A stretch of DNA of 64,000 nt. Source: a virus. Where the stretch lies: the IMG/VR virus record IMGVR_UViG_3300045988_098456. One strand, written 5' to 3'. The translations under genes were made by a program, and so were the position numbers. This document shows positions 34,236-43,496 of the stretch, in pieces. Each line of letters opens with the position of its first letter. Positions within the stretch are counted from its first letter, which is position 1. The notes below the pieces were generated by a model. That model searched no databases and was not told where the DNA came from. It saw nothing but the letters and a program-made list of their open reading frames with translations.

Positions 34236-34660
34236 AATACATCATCCCATGGAATGCCGATACCATTATGGTTGCAATCGGCATAAAATCTATTAAAAAT
34301 AAATCCGTCCGCTTGGTCTGGGTCATCCACCATATCCTTAATGAATTGAGCCAAAGCAGCTTCGTCCTTTAAAGAGGACTTAAAGAAATCGGCTCTAGCC
34401 ATGTTTGCGACATAGACGAAATCGTAATTGTCGGCATTCTCCAACTTTACGTTATTGACTTTAAGAAGTTCCTCGACTGTATCTTTTTCTGTCGGTTCAA
34501 CTTTTTCGAGCTTACCAGTCGTTGCGTTTGTCTTGCGAATTAAGGTAATAGCCCAATCGCACATCTTTTTATTGAAGTGCCAGCCATTGTAGCGAAGGTA
34601 TGCAATCATCCCTTCAGGCTTCATATCGTATGCGTCAAGTGGTATTTTGTATCTTCCCAT
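34232..34660 (-). CDS. Hypothetical protein
   Basis: 142 aa. ATGA-type overlap with the downstream gene. Confidence 0.45.
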   Translation of the reverse strand: MGRYKIPLDAYDMKPEGMIAYLRYNGWHFNKKMCDWAITLIRKTNATTGKLEKVEPTEKDTVEELLKVNNVKLENADNYDFVYVANMARADFFKSSLKDEAALAQFIKDMVDDPDQADGFIFNRFYADCNHNGIGIPWDDVL

Positions 34661-34712
34661 AATAAAAGCTTTTAAAGGAGGTGGAGATTTCTCCCCACCT
34701 CAAAGTGTAATA

Positions 34713-34952
34713 CTAATAGCGATAACCGCCACCTCTGCGACCACCATGTCTTTCACCATAGCGGTCATCATCGTCATCATCCCAATTGTCTCGGTAATCC
34801 GGCATTGGGCTTCTGTGACCCATTCGTCCATACTTGTCATCCCCCATTTCATCAATGCAGTGCATGAGTTTACCACCATACTTAAGCATCTTCTCTACAA
34901 GTTCCGACATTTCATTTACCTTGTTTTCGGTAATTTCTATCATGTATCCCAT
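34713..34952 (-). CDS. Small protein with a poly-Asp and Gly/Arg/Tyr tail
   Basis: ...NWDDDDDDRYGERHGGRRGGGYRY. Confidence 0.4.
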   Translation of the reverse strand: MGYMIEITENKVNEMSELVEKMLKYGGKLMHCIDEMGDDKYGRMGHRSPMPDYRDNWDDDDDDRYGERHGGRRGGGYRY

Positions 34953-34958
34953 AATGAT

Positions 34959-35477
34959 TTACTTTTTTGTATTAACTTTTTCCAAAGCCACTGACAACAT
35001 AGACTTAATATCGGTCAAAGTTCCCTTCATTCCGCTAACCTCGCTTTTGAGATTATTGATGTCTTCTTCCTGTTGTCTGTCTTTGGCTATTTGTGGATTC
35101 AATACGGCACGCATCTTTGCGCACTCTTCCATAACCTTTTTGTGGTATGGCTCGCTTTCCACAATCTCCTTAGAATGCCGATACATAGCCTCAACTTCCG
35201 CATCCATAGCTTCACGGCTTTCAGAAACCACGAGGTTTTCCGAATTTGCAATTTGCATATTGGATGGGAGTTGTTTGAACTCCATTTGTTCATTAGGCAA
35301 TTTTACGACAACATCAACGGTAGTCTCCATTGGTTGTGGGTTGAATTGCCCAGGAGTATATGTCGGGAACTTAGGTTGTGGGTTACTGACCGACACAACC
35401 TGTCCGATTTTAAGACTTGGGTTTTCACCCTTGTCAAGCACATAAAATATGCTGTTAGGTCGAAGTCCTTGAAACAT
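34959..35477 (-). CDS. Hypothetical protein with a C-terminal coiled coil
   Basis: 172 aa. Confidence 0.45.
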   Translation of the reverse strand: MFQGLRPNSIFYVLDKGENPSLKIGQVVSVSNPQPKFPTYTPGQFNPQPMETTVDVVVKLPNEQMEFKQLPSNMQIANSENLVVSESREAMDAEVEAMYRHSKEIVESEPYHKKVMEECAKMRAVLNPQIAKDRQQEEDINNLKSEVSGMKGTLTDIKSMLSVALEKVNTKK

Positions 35478-35496
35478 AGCTTTGTAATGTTAATTG

Positions 35497-35841
35497 TTAA
35501 ACAATACCCGTCATTAGCTGAAGGGTGTTAGTATCTCGCTCGAACCAAAACTGATAAACTCCAGTTCCTGCAATGTCGGCTACCGTCAAAGGATTGCCGT
35601 TGAACTTAGTTACAGCTTGGGTTACGCCATTGGTCTCGAAAAGGATTGGCAGCGTATTTGTCGTACCAGTCGGAATAGCTTGATGTAGGTTCACAAAGAT
35701 AGTTCCCCTATAGTTAGCATTCACGAAGGCGTGGTTTCTGAACGAGAAAACGACATTTTCGGTGTTCACCACCACGCCTGTAGATGCGATAGCTGCCGAG
35801 CCGTTACGATTAACCCATGCAAAAGGTCTCATCCATAACAT
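35497..35841 (-). CDS. Small beta-rich protein (possibly C1q/TNF-like jelly roll)
   Basis: 114 aa. PILFETNG...GTGVYQFWFE pattern. Weak call. Confidence 0.4.
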   Translation of the reverse strand: MLWMRPFAWVNRNGSAAIASTGVVVNTENVVFSFRNHAFVNANYRGTIFVNLHQAIPTGTTNTLPILFETNGVTQAVTKFNGNPLTVADIAGTGVYQFWFERDTNTLQLMTGIV

Positions 35842-35859
35842 AGCAGCCTCCTTTCCTAA

Positions 35860-36846
35860 TTAACCCCAAAAGCTTGCATTGTTGACACCATTAAGACCAT
35901 ATAAGCCTGTTTGCCAAGCAACGCAATTTGGAACAGCAGTAAATGGACTGTAGCTGGTTGTAACAGTTGATGGAAGCTTACACTTGATACCATCTACCTC
36001 TTTTTGCAAGCCAGCCAACATAGCGTTGACAGGTGCTATAGCTTGACCTACAATCTGCGAAGTCATGGCAGAAGACTTATAAGTTCCATTCTCTTCACGA
36101 AGATGGTCTATCTTGTCTTGCATATCTCTGAGTTCTGCTTGGCGTTGGCCATTAACTACGGTCTGAGTACTATCTTTAATAGCATTCAAAATGTCGCATG
36201 TCTGACCCTTGGTTTCGAAAGCAACATTAGAAAAACCTCGTTCCTGACTTACGGCTACATTGTTGATGGCATTCTGCAAAGTGCCAGTCTGCTGACACAT
36301 AGCCAACTTGACGTTTCCGTCCATAGCCGTAATATTGTTATTTACACGGCAGCAGCAATCAGCGAGTTGTGATGCAATCTGCATGTTACCTTGCTGAAGA
36401 GCGTTGATGGTTTGCATTCCGCTCATGCCTACTTGGTTGCCCACGTTCTGAACTTGGGTTGTCAAGGCAGAGATTGCTTGTTGAATCTGTCCTTCAGTGC
36501 AATTGAGCTGAGTAGCGAGATTACTGAGTGCATTACGATTGCCACCGATAGCATCCATAAGCAAGGAACGACCATAGTCATTGTTGATTTCATTGGCAAG
36601 ACCTGCGCCATTGCCACGACCACCAAAGCCGAAGCCATTACCGCCCCAACCACAGAAGCAAAGGATAAAGAGCAGCCAAATGAACCAAGAACCATCGCCA
36701 TTGCCGAATCCGTTATTACCCTTCATCGCAAGAAGGACGTTTGGGTCAACGCCTCTCTGTTGGAGCAAAGGAGCTATTAAGCTCATCATTCCTCCATTGT
36801 TACCTGAACCCTCTGGATTAAAAACATAAGTTTTTGATGTCTCCAT
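35860..36846 (-). CDS. Membrane-anchored Gly-rich / Gln-Asn-rich protein of unknown function
   Basis: GNGDGSWFIWLLFILCFCGWGGNGFGFGGRGNGAG, followed by approx 200 aa of Q/N-rich helical repeats containing Cys clusters. Confidence 0.5.
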   Translation of the reverse strand: METSKTYVFNPEGSGNNGGMMSLIAPLLQQRGVDPNVLLAMKGNNGFGNGDGSWFIWLLFILCFCGWGGNGFGFGGRGNGAGLANEINNDYGRSLLMDAIGGNRNALSNLATQLNCTEGQIQQAISALTTQVQNVGNQVGMSGMQTINALQQGNMQIASQLADCCCRVNNNITAMDGNVKLAMCQQTGTLQNAINNVAVSQERGFSNVAFETKGQTCDILNAIKDSTQTVVNGQRQAELRDMQDKIDHLREENGTYKSSAMTSQIVGQAIAPVNAMLAGLQKEVDGIKCKLPSTVTTSYSPFTAVPNCVAWQTGLYGLNGVNNASFWG

Positions 36847-36905
36847 AAGAATAATCTTTTTGTGTTAAACCTTAATTAAACTAACTCTATGTAACGTTAC
36901 GGCTG

Positions 36906-36913
36906 CAAAGTTA
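36906..36913 (-). promoter_or_regulatory. -7 box (taactttg on the minus strand) for the 36846..33446 operon
   Basis: cgtaactttgcag. Confidence 0.5.
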
Positions 36914-37087
36914 CGAATAATAAGGATAAGATAAGATAACTCTATCAAACTTTCTTTTAATCACTAATAATCAAGTAGTTAAGGTGATAGGAGGTAATGT
37001 CATACTTCCGGATGCATGAAATCAAATGCTTGTTTGCAAATTCCGTTTGCAGAAAACGAAAAATGCAAACGGAACTGCAAACGGAAA

Positions 37088-37705
37088 TTAAGCACGCACA
37101 AACTTGAAACCAAATTTTTCAGTATAGTATTCCTCTTTAGGGTGTCTTTTTGTCTCGGAGTCATAGCAGAGAATAAACGGCTCACCCTTAGAGTAGAAAT
37201 AGTTATAAGACTTTCGCAAATACATCTTTGCATTCAAAGCCTTTGGGGAGAGCTTTCTTATTCTTAACCTAGTTTCTTGAGGCTTACCCGACAACACTCT
37301 AAGTTCATCCATTTTATATTGCATATGCAGCTTTCTGCCTTTACTAGCATACTTTTCTTTATTCCAATATCTTCTCAAAGACCTGTTACGCTCTTTACGA
37401 ATCCTATTTATCGTTTCTACATCGTGTTTCAAGCCAAGCTTACTGACTTGTCCTAATATTGTAGACTGAGGAATATTCGTTACTTCTGAGATTTCTCTCG
37501 CTGTCATCGTTTTGTACATGTCGGAGATTTTGCGGATAGTCTCATTATTCAATTTATTGTCTATTTTCGTACCACCTAAAATAGTGATATACTTGTATAA
37601 TGTATGTAAGGTTACACCAGCAGCCTTGGCTACTTCCTTTCGTGGGTAGTCATTGATGTGGACTTTGATATAGTCCATCTGTTCTTGTGTTAATCTTCTT
37701 GGCAT
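37088..37705 (-). CDS. Dual-HTH regulator, paralog A
   Basis: Two HTH-like segments (EVAKAAGVTLHTLYKYI; AREISEVTNIPQSTILGQV). Paralogous to 37690..38331. Confidence 0.55.
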   Translation of the reverse strand: MPRRLTQEQMDYIKVHINDYPRKEVAKAAGVTLHTLYKYITILGGTKIDNKLNNETIRKISDMYKTMTAREISEVTNIPQSTILGQVSKLGLKHDVETINRIRKERNRSLRRYWNKEKYASKGRKLHMQYKMDELRVLSGKPQETRLRIRKLSPKALNAKMYLRKSYNYFYSKGEPFILCYDSETKRHPKEEYYTEKFGFKFVRA

Positions 37706-38331
37706 TCTTCGTCCTCCTCAAAAGAAAATCCGTATTTGTTCTTGTAGAATTCTTCATCCATTCTGCGAGTATTCCGGTCATAACCTAAGATGTATGGTTC
37801 ACCTTCAAACGCAAAATACCCATACTTATTTATAAGATGGTACTTGGCATGATATGATTTTATCGGCATTTCTGAAAATTTGAATTTCGTCTGCTGCGGA
37901 ATACAAGATATAACTCGGAATTTCTCCATCTGTATAGTTCTTTTCCAGCTTTTCACCCTTTTGCCAATAGTTGCTTTATCATATGCTTTTTTTAAGTTAG
38001 CCAAACTATTCTTTTTAAGTCTTTCGATAGTTTCTTCTGAATGAGTAAGCTTTAGCCTTTTAGCAGCCTTGCCTACAGTAGACGGATGGCAACCTACAAT
38101 TACTGCAATCTCTCTGACCGAATGGTCAGGATATAGTTTTGTGATTTGTTCATCACGTTTCTTGTCGGGTTGTGGAACAAGTCTTTTTTGCTCGAACTTA
38201 CAATCGCATTCGTGCATTATTTTATACAAGAATTTAACGCTGACACCCATTCTTTCAGCCAACTTGTACCTTGGACGCTCATTAATATGAGCTTTGATGT
38301 AATCTATTGTTTCCTGTTCTATAATTCTCAT
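37690..38331 (-). CDS. Dual-HTH regulator, paralog B
   Basis: KLAERMGVSVKFLYKIM and VREIAVIVGCHPSTVGKAA. Shares the C-terminal GEP(F/Y)IL.YD..T.R motif with paralog A. Confidence 0.55.
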   Translation of the reverse strand: MRIIEQETIDYIKAHINERPRYKLAERMGVSVKFLYKIMHECDCKFEQKRLVPQPDKKRDEQITKLYPDHSVREIAVIVGCHPSTVGKAAKRLKLTHSEETIERLKKNSLANLKKAYDKATIGKRVKSWKRTIQMEKFRVISCIPQQTKFKFSEMPIKSYHAKYHLINKYGYFAFEGEPYILGYDRNTRRMDEEFYKNKYGFSFEEDEECQED

Positions 38332-38347
38332 GTATATTCAGTTTTAT

Positions 38348-38360
38348 GGTGTGACTCACC
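38348..38360 (-). promoter_or_regulatory. Leader motif variant GGTGAGTCACACC, copy 4 (minus strand)
   Basis: One mismatch to the consensus. 16 nt before the start at 38331. Confidence 0.5.
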
Positions 38361-38368
38361 TTTTTCTG

Positions 38369-38376
38369 CAAAGTTA
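38369..38376 (-). promoter_or_regulatory. -7 box (taactttg on the minus strand)
   Basis: TAnnTTTG. Confidence 0.5.
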
Positions 38377-38509
38377 AGGAAAAATTCTTGGTTGAGCAAA
38401 TGATTTAGTTTGTTATAACTTTGTTTAAAGAAATATTTGATTATTTGCACAATAATTAATTGTGTAGTTATCCGGTTAGACTGTTTACACATTATTATAT
38501 ATAAATTGC

Positions 38510-38517
38510 TATCTTTG
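38510..38517 (+). promoter_or_regulatory. -7 promoter box tatctttg for the lysis cassette
   Basis: TAnnTTTG, 19 nt before the ATG at 38536. Confidence 0.5.
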
Positions 38518-38535
38518 CAACAAAAACACGAGAAA

Positions 38536-38964
38536 ATGACAGCGGAAACTATTCAATTGATACAGACAGGAATTAATCTTCTTTGTGCGTCAGGTGTAAT
38601 CTCTACGCTGCTATATTATAATAGTAGAAAACGAAAGGAGGCTGCACTCGCATCACAGGAAGAGAATAAGACGATTTCATCGTATGCCGATGAGTGGAAG
38701 GCTCTCTATGAACGTTCCAACGAGTCGGTCGTTAATCTTAATAGTAAAGTAGATGAATTGTATGAAGAAATCAACCAATACAGAATTACGATACGCAATC
38801 TTAGGGACGAGAAGAACGATTTGAAGCTTGTCTTGCATGAGGCACAATGGAATAGATGCATCAAGGATGGATGTCAACTTAGAACACCACCAAGAAAACG
38901 AGATTCTTTAGAAGCATTTGTTGAAAAAGAAGAGAGTGCGATATATCTTGATAGGGAGGATTAA
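38536..38964 (+). CDS. Membrane-anchored coiled-coil protein (lysis-cassette component)
   Basis: Start trimmed to MTAETIQ. One N-terminal TM segment followed by a coiled coil. Confidence 0.45.
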   Translation: MTAETIQLIQTGINLLCASGVISTLLYYNSRKRKEAALASQEENKTISSYADEWKALYERSNESVVNLNSKVDELYEEINQYRITIRNLRDEKNDLKLVLHEAQWNRCIKDGCQLRTPPRKRDSLEAFVEKEESAIYLDRED

Positions 38965-38967
38965 GTT

Positions 38968-39237
38968 ATGATAAAGTATCTGAAATTACTCATACAAGTT
39001 AATAGCGGACATTCAAGCAAGGCATTCTTTTTAGTGTCCGTTACTTTGATAGGTTTCTTGATGCTCCTGGTTGTTTGCTTTATCTTAGTGTGGGAAGTGG
39101 TAACTTATGGGACTATCAAGACCGATTTGATGGGGTTAAGTGCATTTGTTGGTAGTGTGGCTAGTTTGTTCGTCACGGCTGGCATTACCAAGACTATAGG
39201 GGAACGTGGCGAACATCAATGCGAAAACGATAAATAG
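38968..39237 (+). CDS. Holin candidate
   Basis: 89 aa, two TM segments and a charged C-terminus, directly upstream of the endolysin. Confidence 0.5.
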   Translation: MIKYLKLLIQVNSGHSSKAFFLVSVTLIGFLMLLVVCFILVWEVVTYGTIKTDLMGLSAFVGSVASLFVTAGITKTIGERGEHQCENDK

Positions 39238-39240
39238 ACT

Positions 39241-39789
39241 ATGGCAGATTCAAGTATTTTAAAACCATTCATTCTCTCATTCGAGGGTGGATATTCTAAC
39301 AAAAAGAGTGACAGGGGAGGCGCAACAATGAAAGGCGTGACTCTAGAGACGTTCCGTAAAGTTTATGGTGCTAGTAAAACCGCATCGGACTTGAAGAAGA
39401 TAACCGATGAACAATGGCATCACATATTCAAGAAATATTATTGGGATGCTTGCAAGGCTGACCAAATCAACAACCAGTCTGTGGCTAATCTCTTGGTTGA
39501 CTTTGCTTATAATAGTGGAGTAAGCAGAGCCGTACAAAAGATTCAAACTATCGTAGGAACAAAAGCTGATGGCATCATGGGTAATATGACCTTAGCTGCT
39601 ATCAATTCATACAAACAAGGTCAATGGGCGTTGTTCGATAAGCTGAAGGTGTCACGAATTGCCTTTCTCAATGCGATTGTGAACAATGACCCAAAGCAAA
39701 GTGTGAACCTGCATGGATGGCTTCGCAGGGTTGGAAATATACAATACGGAAAGCTCGTATGTAATAACGGAAAGACAATCACTTGGTAA
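39241..39789 (+). CDS. Endolysin, GH108-type N-acetylmuramidase with a PG-binding C-terminal domain
   Basis: ILSFEGGYSNKKSDRGGATMKGVT. Confidence 0.8.
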   Translation: MADSSILKPFILSFEGGYSNKKSDRGGATMKGVTLETFRKVYGASKTASDLKKITDEQWHHIFKKYYWDACKADQINNQSVANLLVDFAYNSGVSRAVQKIQTIVGTKADGIMGNMTLAAINSYKQGQWALFDKLKVSRIAFLNAIVNNDPKQSVNLHGWLRRVGNIQYGKLVCNNGKTITW

Positions 39790-39922
39790 TCTTACGAGTC
39801 ACAGGCTCAACTAAAGCATTAGTAAGACCATCATTCTTAATTGGGTGGTGGTTTTTTCTTCACTTTTGAAATTTTGAAAAAGAAAGAATGGGCGAAGAAA
39901 TCGTTCCTTTTGGTTTTATTTG

Positions 39923-39930
39923 TACCTTTG
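39923..39930 (+). promoter_or_regulatory. -7 box tacctttg
   Basis: TAnnTTTG, 21 nt before the ATG at 39951. Confidence 0.4.
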
Positions 39931-39950
39931 CACTCAAAAAGGAGGTTGAT

Positions 39951-40544
39951 ATGGAGCTTAGATTTGACTGGTGGCGTTGGCTCGTTACCATATTGGTAGG
40001 TTTCTTCATCATGCTGATGATGTACGGATGCCGGACAACAAGATATGTAGAAGTGGAAAAGGTGGTGCGAGACACTACTACTTACGCCCATTGGGACTCA
40101 ATTATCAACGAAAGGGTCAATCTTATTCGGGACAGCTTGCTATCTTATCATTGGGAGCAGACCGAAAAACAGGTTAAGGATTCCACATACATCAAGGATG
40201 ATGTCAAGACAAGGGTAGATGAGAGTGGTAAGGTGCTAGGTAAGGATTCTACTCATATAGAGATTAGATACAGGGACAGCAAGGAACTATCCAAGGTTCG
40301 TGATAGCCTTATTCATTATAAGGAGATAGCAGAGCGAGCGAGTATATATAAGGCTCAGAGGGATAGCCTAAATAGAGAATTGAGTATCGCCCAGACCAAA
40401 AAGGAATATATTGAGAAAGACTTGGAGGGATGGGATTTGTTCTATTGGAAATTCGGTATGATTTCCTTTTGGGTCGTTTCCTTAATGCTGGTTACAATGA
40501 TTTTCTTTCTCACGGTAAAATATAAGAAAAAGTTATTTTATTAG
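39951..40544 (+). CDS. Unimolecular-spanin-like protein
   Basis: N-terminal signal ending in MMYGC (lipobox-like) plus a C-terminal TM (ISFWVVSLMLVTMIFFLTV). Confidence 0.45.
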   Translation: MELRFDWWRWLVTILVGFFIMLMMYGCRTTRYVEVEKVVRDTTTYAHWDSIINERVNLIRDSLLSYHWEQTEKQVKDSTYIKDDVKTRVDESGKVLGKDSTHIEIRYRDSKELSKVRDSLIHYKEIAERASIYKAQRDSLNRELSIAQTKKEYIEKDLEGWDLFYWKFGMISFWVVSLMLVTMIFFLTVKYKKKLFY

Positions 40545-40600
40545 GTTGGTTTTTAGTTATTAAGGTTTTAGATTGGTTTAAGGTAACAACTTATGGAGAA

Positions 40601-40630
40601 GGGGAATGCGTGAGTATTCCCCTTTGTTTT
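40601..40630 (+). terminator. Intrinsic terminator after the lysis cassette
   Basis: ggggaat/attcccc followed by tttgtttt. Confidence 0.7.
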
Positions 40631-40931
40631 GCAGCTGAGAATATACTTCGGCAGAGCATTGCCGAATTGGGGAGTGGTAGCAAGTCACCCAAGCACTCGC
40701 AAGGGCGCAGCCACGTTAGTCACCCAACAATTCCTTGCAAGTAGCAAGGAAATATGCCAAGGTTGCTCTTTTTTTGTCTTGAAAATGCCTTAGAGTGTAA
40801 AATGTTAAAATTGCAAGCGGATTAATGTATTTATAGTTTTGTATACGTAACTAAAATTGTGTTATCTGTTAAAAATACGCAATCAGAGTAGAATAACACA
40901 TTAAATCCCTTGCAGTTTGAAAATAAATTAG

Positions 40932-40939
40932 TATCTTTG
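40932..40939 (+). promoter_or_regulatory. -7 promoter box tatctttg
   Basis: TAnnTTTG. Confidence 0.5.
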
Positions 40940-40945
40940 CAGCGT

Positions 40946-41065
40946 GCTTTGTTGGTGCTGACACGCTTACAAGAATCAATAAGATTTTCCGTGGCGAAAG
41001 CCATACCACGATAATCCTTACCTAGATTTCGGTGTCAGACGAATGAAGGGTAAGGATTTCTTTTT
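40946..41065 (+). ncRNA. Candidate approx 120-nt small RNA or attenuating leader
   Basis: Starts just after the -7 box. Contains a GNRA hairpin ggc-gaaa-gcc (40993..41002). Ends in a 10-bp stem aatccttacc/ggtaaggatt (41013..41058) followed by tcttttt. There is no ORF. Confidence 0.35.
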
Positions 41066-41172
41066 AGAATCCTTGTTTTGAGTCGAAACATTCTTAGATT
41101 GCTCTAGGTTAGCAATGGGCAATAATTGTTGGAGTAGGCGAAACACAGATAAGTTAAACAAATAAGGAATTT

Positions 41173-42009
41173 ATGGGAAAGCATTATTTACATATACGTA
41201 TGGACTTGGTAAAGAAGTATACCTATGGTGCGTCATCGCAAGAAGTGAAAGCGCACAAGGAGACTCTTTGCTTTGCCATTTGGTGTAAGATGCAACGCAG
41301 AAATTCTGTAATATTTAACTTAACCATCAAGGATGTAAAGAAAAAACTCGGTGTAGGCTATCCAAAGGCAAGAAAATTGCTAAAGGATGTCAAGGAGGAT
41401 GGACTCTTTACAGAACTTGGTAACGGGCGATTTATCGTGAATACGTTCCGTGATAAAGAAAAGAAGCCCAATAAAAAGGGCGGTCGCTTCCAAGGGGCTT
41501 ACGTTTGTCGTATTCCTATTAGCAAGGACTATAAGCTAAAGGAGTTATATTCTATAGTCAACAATATTTTGTACACATCGGTTATTAGTGGTGCTCGTCA
41601 AGACTGTTTTAACGTTGGAAACAATAATTGTGCTTGGCATCAACTAACTACTAACTCGTTTGCAAAGGTTGTGAATATGGGACATGGCTCTATATGCAGA
41701 ATCAAGAAGAATCTTATCAGCAAAGGTAAGATTAAGTCCACGTATGCGGAAATGCACATGGCAGATGATAGAAACGAGGGAGAGGTGGAGCGAACATTGC
41801 AAAGGTTTGGTCGTAGGAACTTTACGTTTAACGTAGGCAACCTGCACTATTTAATCATACCTTGCTCTTACTCTTTTGGAGACCGAGAGACTTCTGTTGC
41901 TATCAAGCACAGAATCTATGGTTATAAATTGAAGGGACATGGTGCTTTTAAAAAAGGCACGAACAAATACTATAATGGATCAATAGGATTAACCAATATA
42001 CCTGATTAA
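41173..42009 (+). CDS. Hypothetical protein, possibly winged-helix DNA-binding (replication/regulation)
   Basis: KKKLGVGYPKARKLLKDVKEDGLFTELGNGRFIV. Confidence 0.45.
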   Translation: MGKHYLHIRMDLVKKYTYGASSQEVKAHKETLCFAIWCKMQRRNSVIFNLTIKDVKKKLGVGYPKARKLLKDVKEDGLFTELGNGRFIVNTFRDKEKKPNKKGGRFQGAYVCRIPISKDYKLKELYSIVNNILYTSVISGARQDCFNVGNNNCAWHQLTTNSFAKVVNMGHGSICRIKKNLISKGKIKSTYAEMHMADDRNEGEVERTLQRFGRRNFTFNVGNLHYLIIPCSYSFGDRETSVAIKHRIYGYKLKGHGAFKKGTNKYYNGSIGLTNIPD

Positions 42010-42131
42010 AGGTCGAGTTCTATTTTGGACATTTTCATATTAGTAGTTAGTTGGAATATATATTTAGGGAGTCTTTAATAGGCTAACGTGTTCCTTATTA
42101 TATTACGTGTTATTATTATATATACGAGATT

Positions 42132-43124
42132 ATGAAGAAGTATGAATGTTATATAAGTTTAGCTGGTAATGTGTGTGGAGACAAAGGAAGTTATTATTAT
42201 GCGTTTGCCACATTTGAAGGAGAAAAAATGATTGATAGTGTCGCAACAAGTCGGAGTATTTTGGTATATCCTAAAAGTCGTTTTGTCCCGATTTTGACTA
42301 AGGCATTAAGAAAATGCAGAGGTGAGTTCCATGTGTATGTGTACTTACCAAAAGGCTATGATTTTGTAGAATTACCTAATGGTGAATACCAAATATCAGC
42401 TTCGTACTCCTGTTCCGAGATAACTGAGTACACTTATAAGTGCAGCGACAAAATAACAATAAAGAAGTTTGATGAAAAGAGTAAAAGATGTTTGGATATA
42501 CAACAAAAAGCAGAAGAAATAAGAGAAATTAACGAAAATAAAAAATTACACAAGTCAATAGCCAAAGAAATGAAGGCGAAAGATAAAAATAGCAAGAAAG
42601 ACTTGCGTAGGGAAAGATTAGTTCCGAACTATATTTGCTATACCGATGGAAGCTGCGATAATTATTCCACTCATAAGGCTGGCGGTTCGGCTTATATCGT
42701 TGTGAACACGGCTACTGGTGAGTTGGAAAAGGTTAAGACACATCATTGCTTGCATACGACCTCCAACAGAATGGAGATGTTGGCGATAATATCAGCCGTT
42801 AATTATTGCCCGAAAGGTTCTGTCGTCGAGGTTCGAAGTGATTCTAAGTACGCATTAAAGATGTTCCGCTATACAGATTGGGAAATAGGCGCAGATATAA
42901 AGAATCCAGACTTAATTAAGTTGTATCGTAAGTGTGCAAAGGATAAGCTTGTTGTTTTGACTTGGGTAAAGGGGCATAATGGTGATGATTTGAACGAGCA
43001 AGCGGATTGCTTGGCTTTTGGTGCATATGAGAAAGCATTAAAAGAGAATGGCTTACCAATGGCTCCTGAGAAGTATCTTGCTATGAGACGAGGCAAGCAG
43101 ACGGTGTTTGAAACAGATAATTAA
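42132..43124 (+). CDS. RNase H (type 1) domain fused to an approx 170-aa N-terminal domain of unknown function
   Basis: YTDGSCD (D), NRMEMLAI (E), RSDSKYA (D), KGHNGDDLNEQADCLA (H..D). Confidence 0.8.
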   Translation: MKKYECYISLAGNVCGDKGSYYYAFATFEGEKMIDSVATSRSILVYPKSRFVPILTKALRKCRGEFHVYVYLPKGYDFVELPNGEYQISASYSCSEITEYTYKCSDKITIKKFDEKSKRCLDIQQKAEEIREINENKKLHKSIAKEMKAKDKNSKKDLRRERLVPNYICYTDGSCDNYSTHKAGGSAYIVVNTATGELEKVKTHHCLHTTSNRMEMLAIISAVNYCPKGSVVEVRSDSKYALKMFRYTDWEIGADIKNPDLIKLYRKCAKDKLVVLTWVKGHNGDDLNEQADCLAFGAYEKALKENGLPMAPEKYLAMRRGKQTVFETDN

Positions 43125-43142
43125 AGATAAATTTGATTTATT

Positions 43143-43496
43143 ATGAAAGAGTTAGGTTTTGATAAGCTATACGTAAAGTTTAGCAATTTATATTGTGAGT
43201 ATCGTAGTAGAAAGCAATTCTTGAAGTGGTTGAAATCCGCAAAGAATCTTTCTGAAGATTTGTTTGAAGTAACGCCAAGTGGAGGTGGTTCGTTTTATGT
43301 TGTGTTGTCTTTTGAAGAGATAAAGGATTTATTTCCGATTATGGAAAACTCATTGCCTAAGTATGAAAACGATATAAAGCAAGTTTTGTTGGCCATAAAG
43401 GAAATGGGACAGCTTGAAGTTGCAAAGATATGGCATGAGGATGATTGGGGTGACGGCTTTGTAGAGGATTTTTGTAAAACCCATGATATTTCATGA
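43143..43496 (+). CDS. Hypothetical protein
   Basis: 117 aa. ATGA overlap with dcm. Confidence 0.45.
   Translation: MKELGFDKLYVKFSNLYCEYRSRKQFLKWLKSAKNLSEDLFEVTPSGGGSFYVVLSFEEIKDLFPIMENSLPKYENDIKQVLLAIKEMGQLEVAKIWHEDDWGDGFVEDFCKTHDIS

Noticed and set aside
34647-36829. Several plus-strand ORFs (115, 203, 152, 122, 129 and 82 aa)
   Set aside because: They are antisense to the tightly packed minus-strand operon. Their low-complexity, hydrophobic translations are typical of antisense frames.
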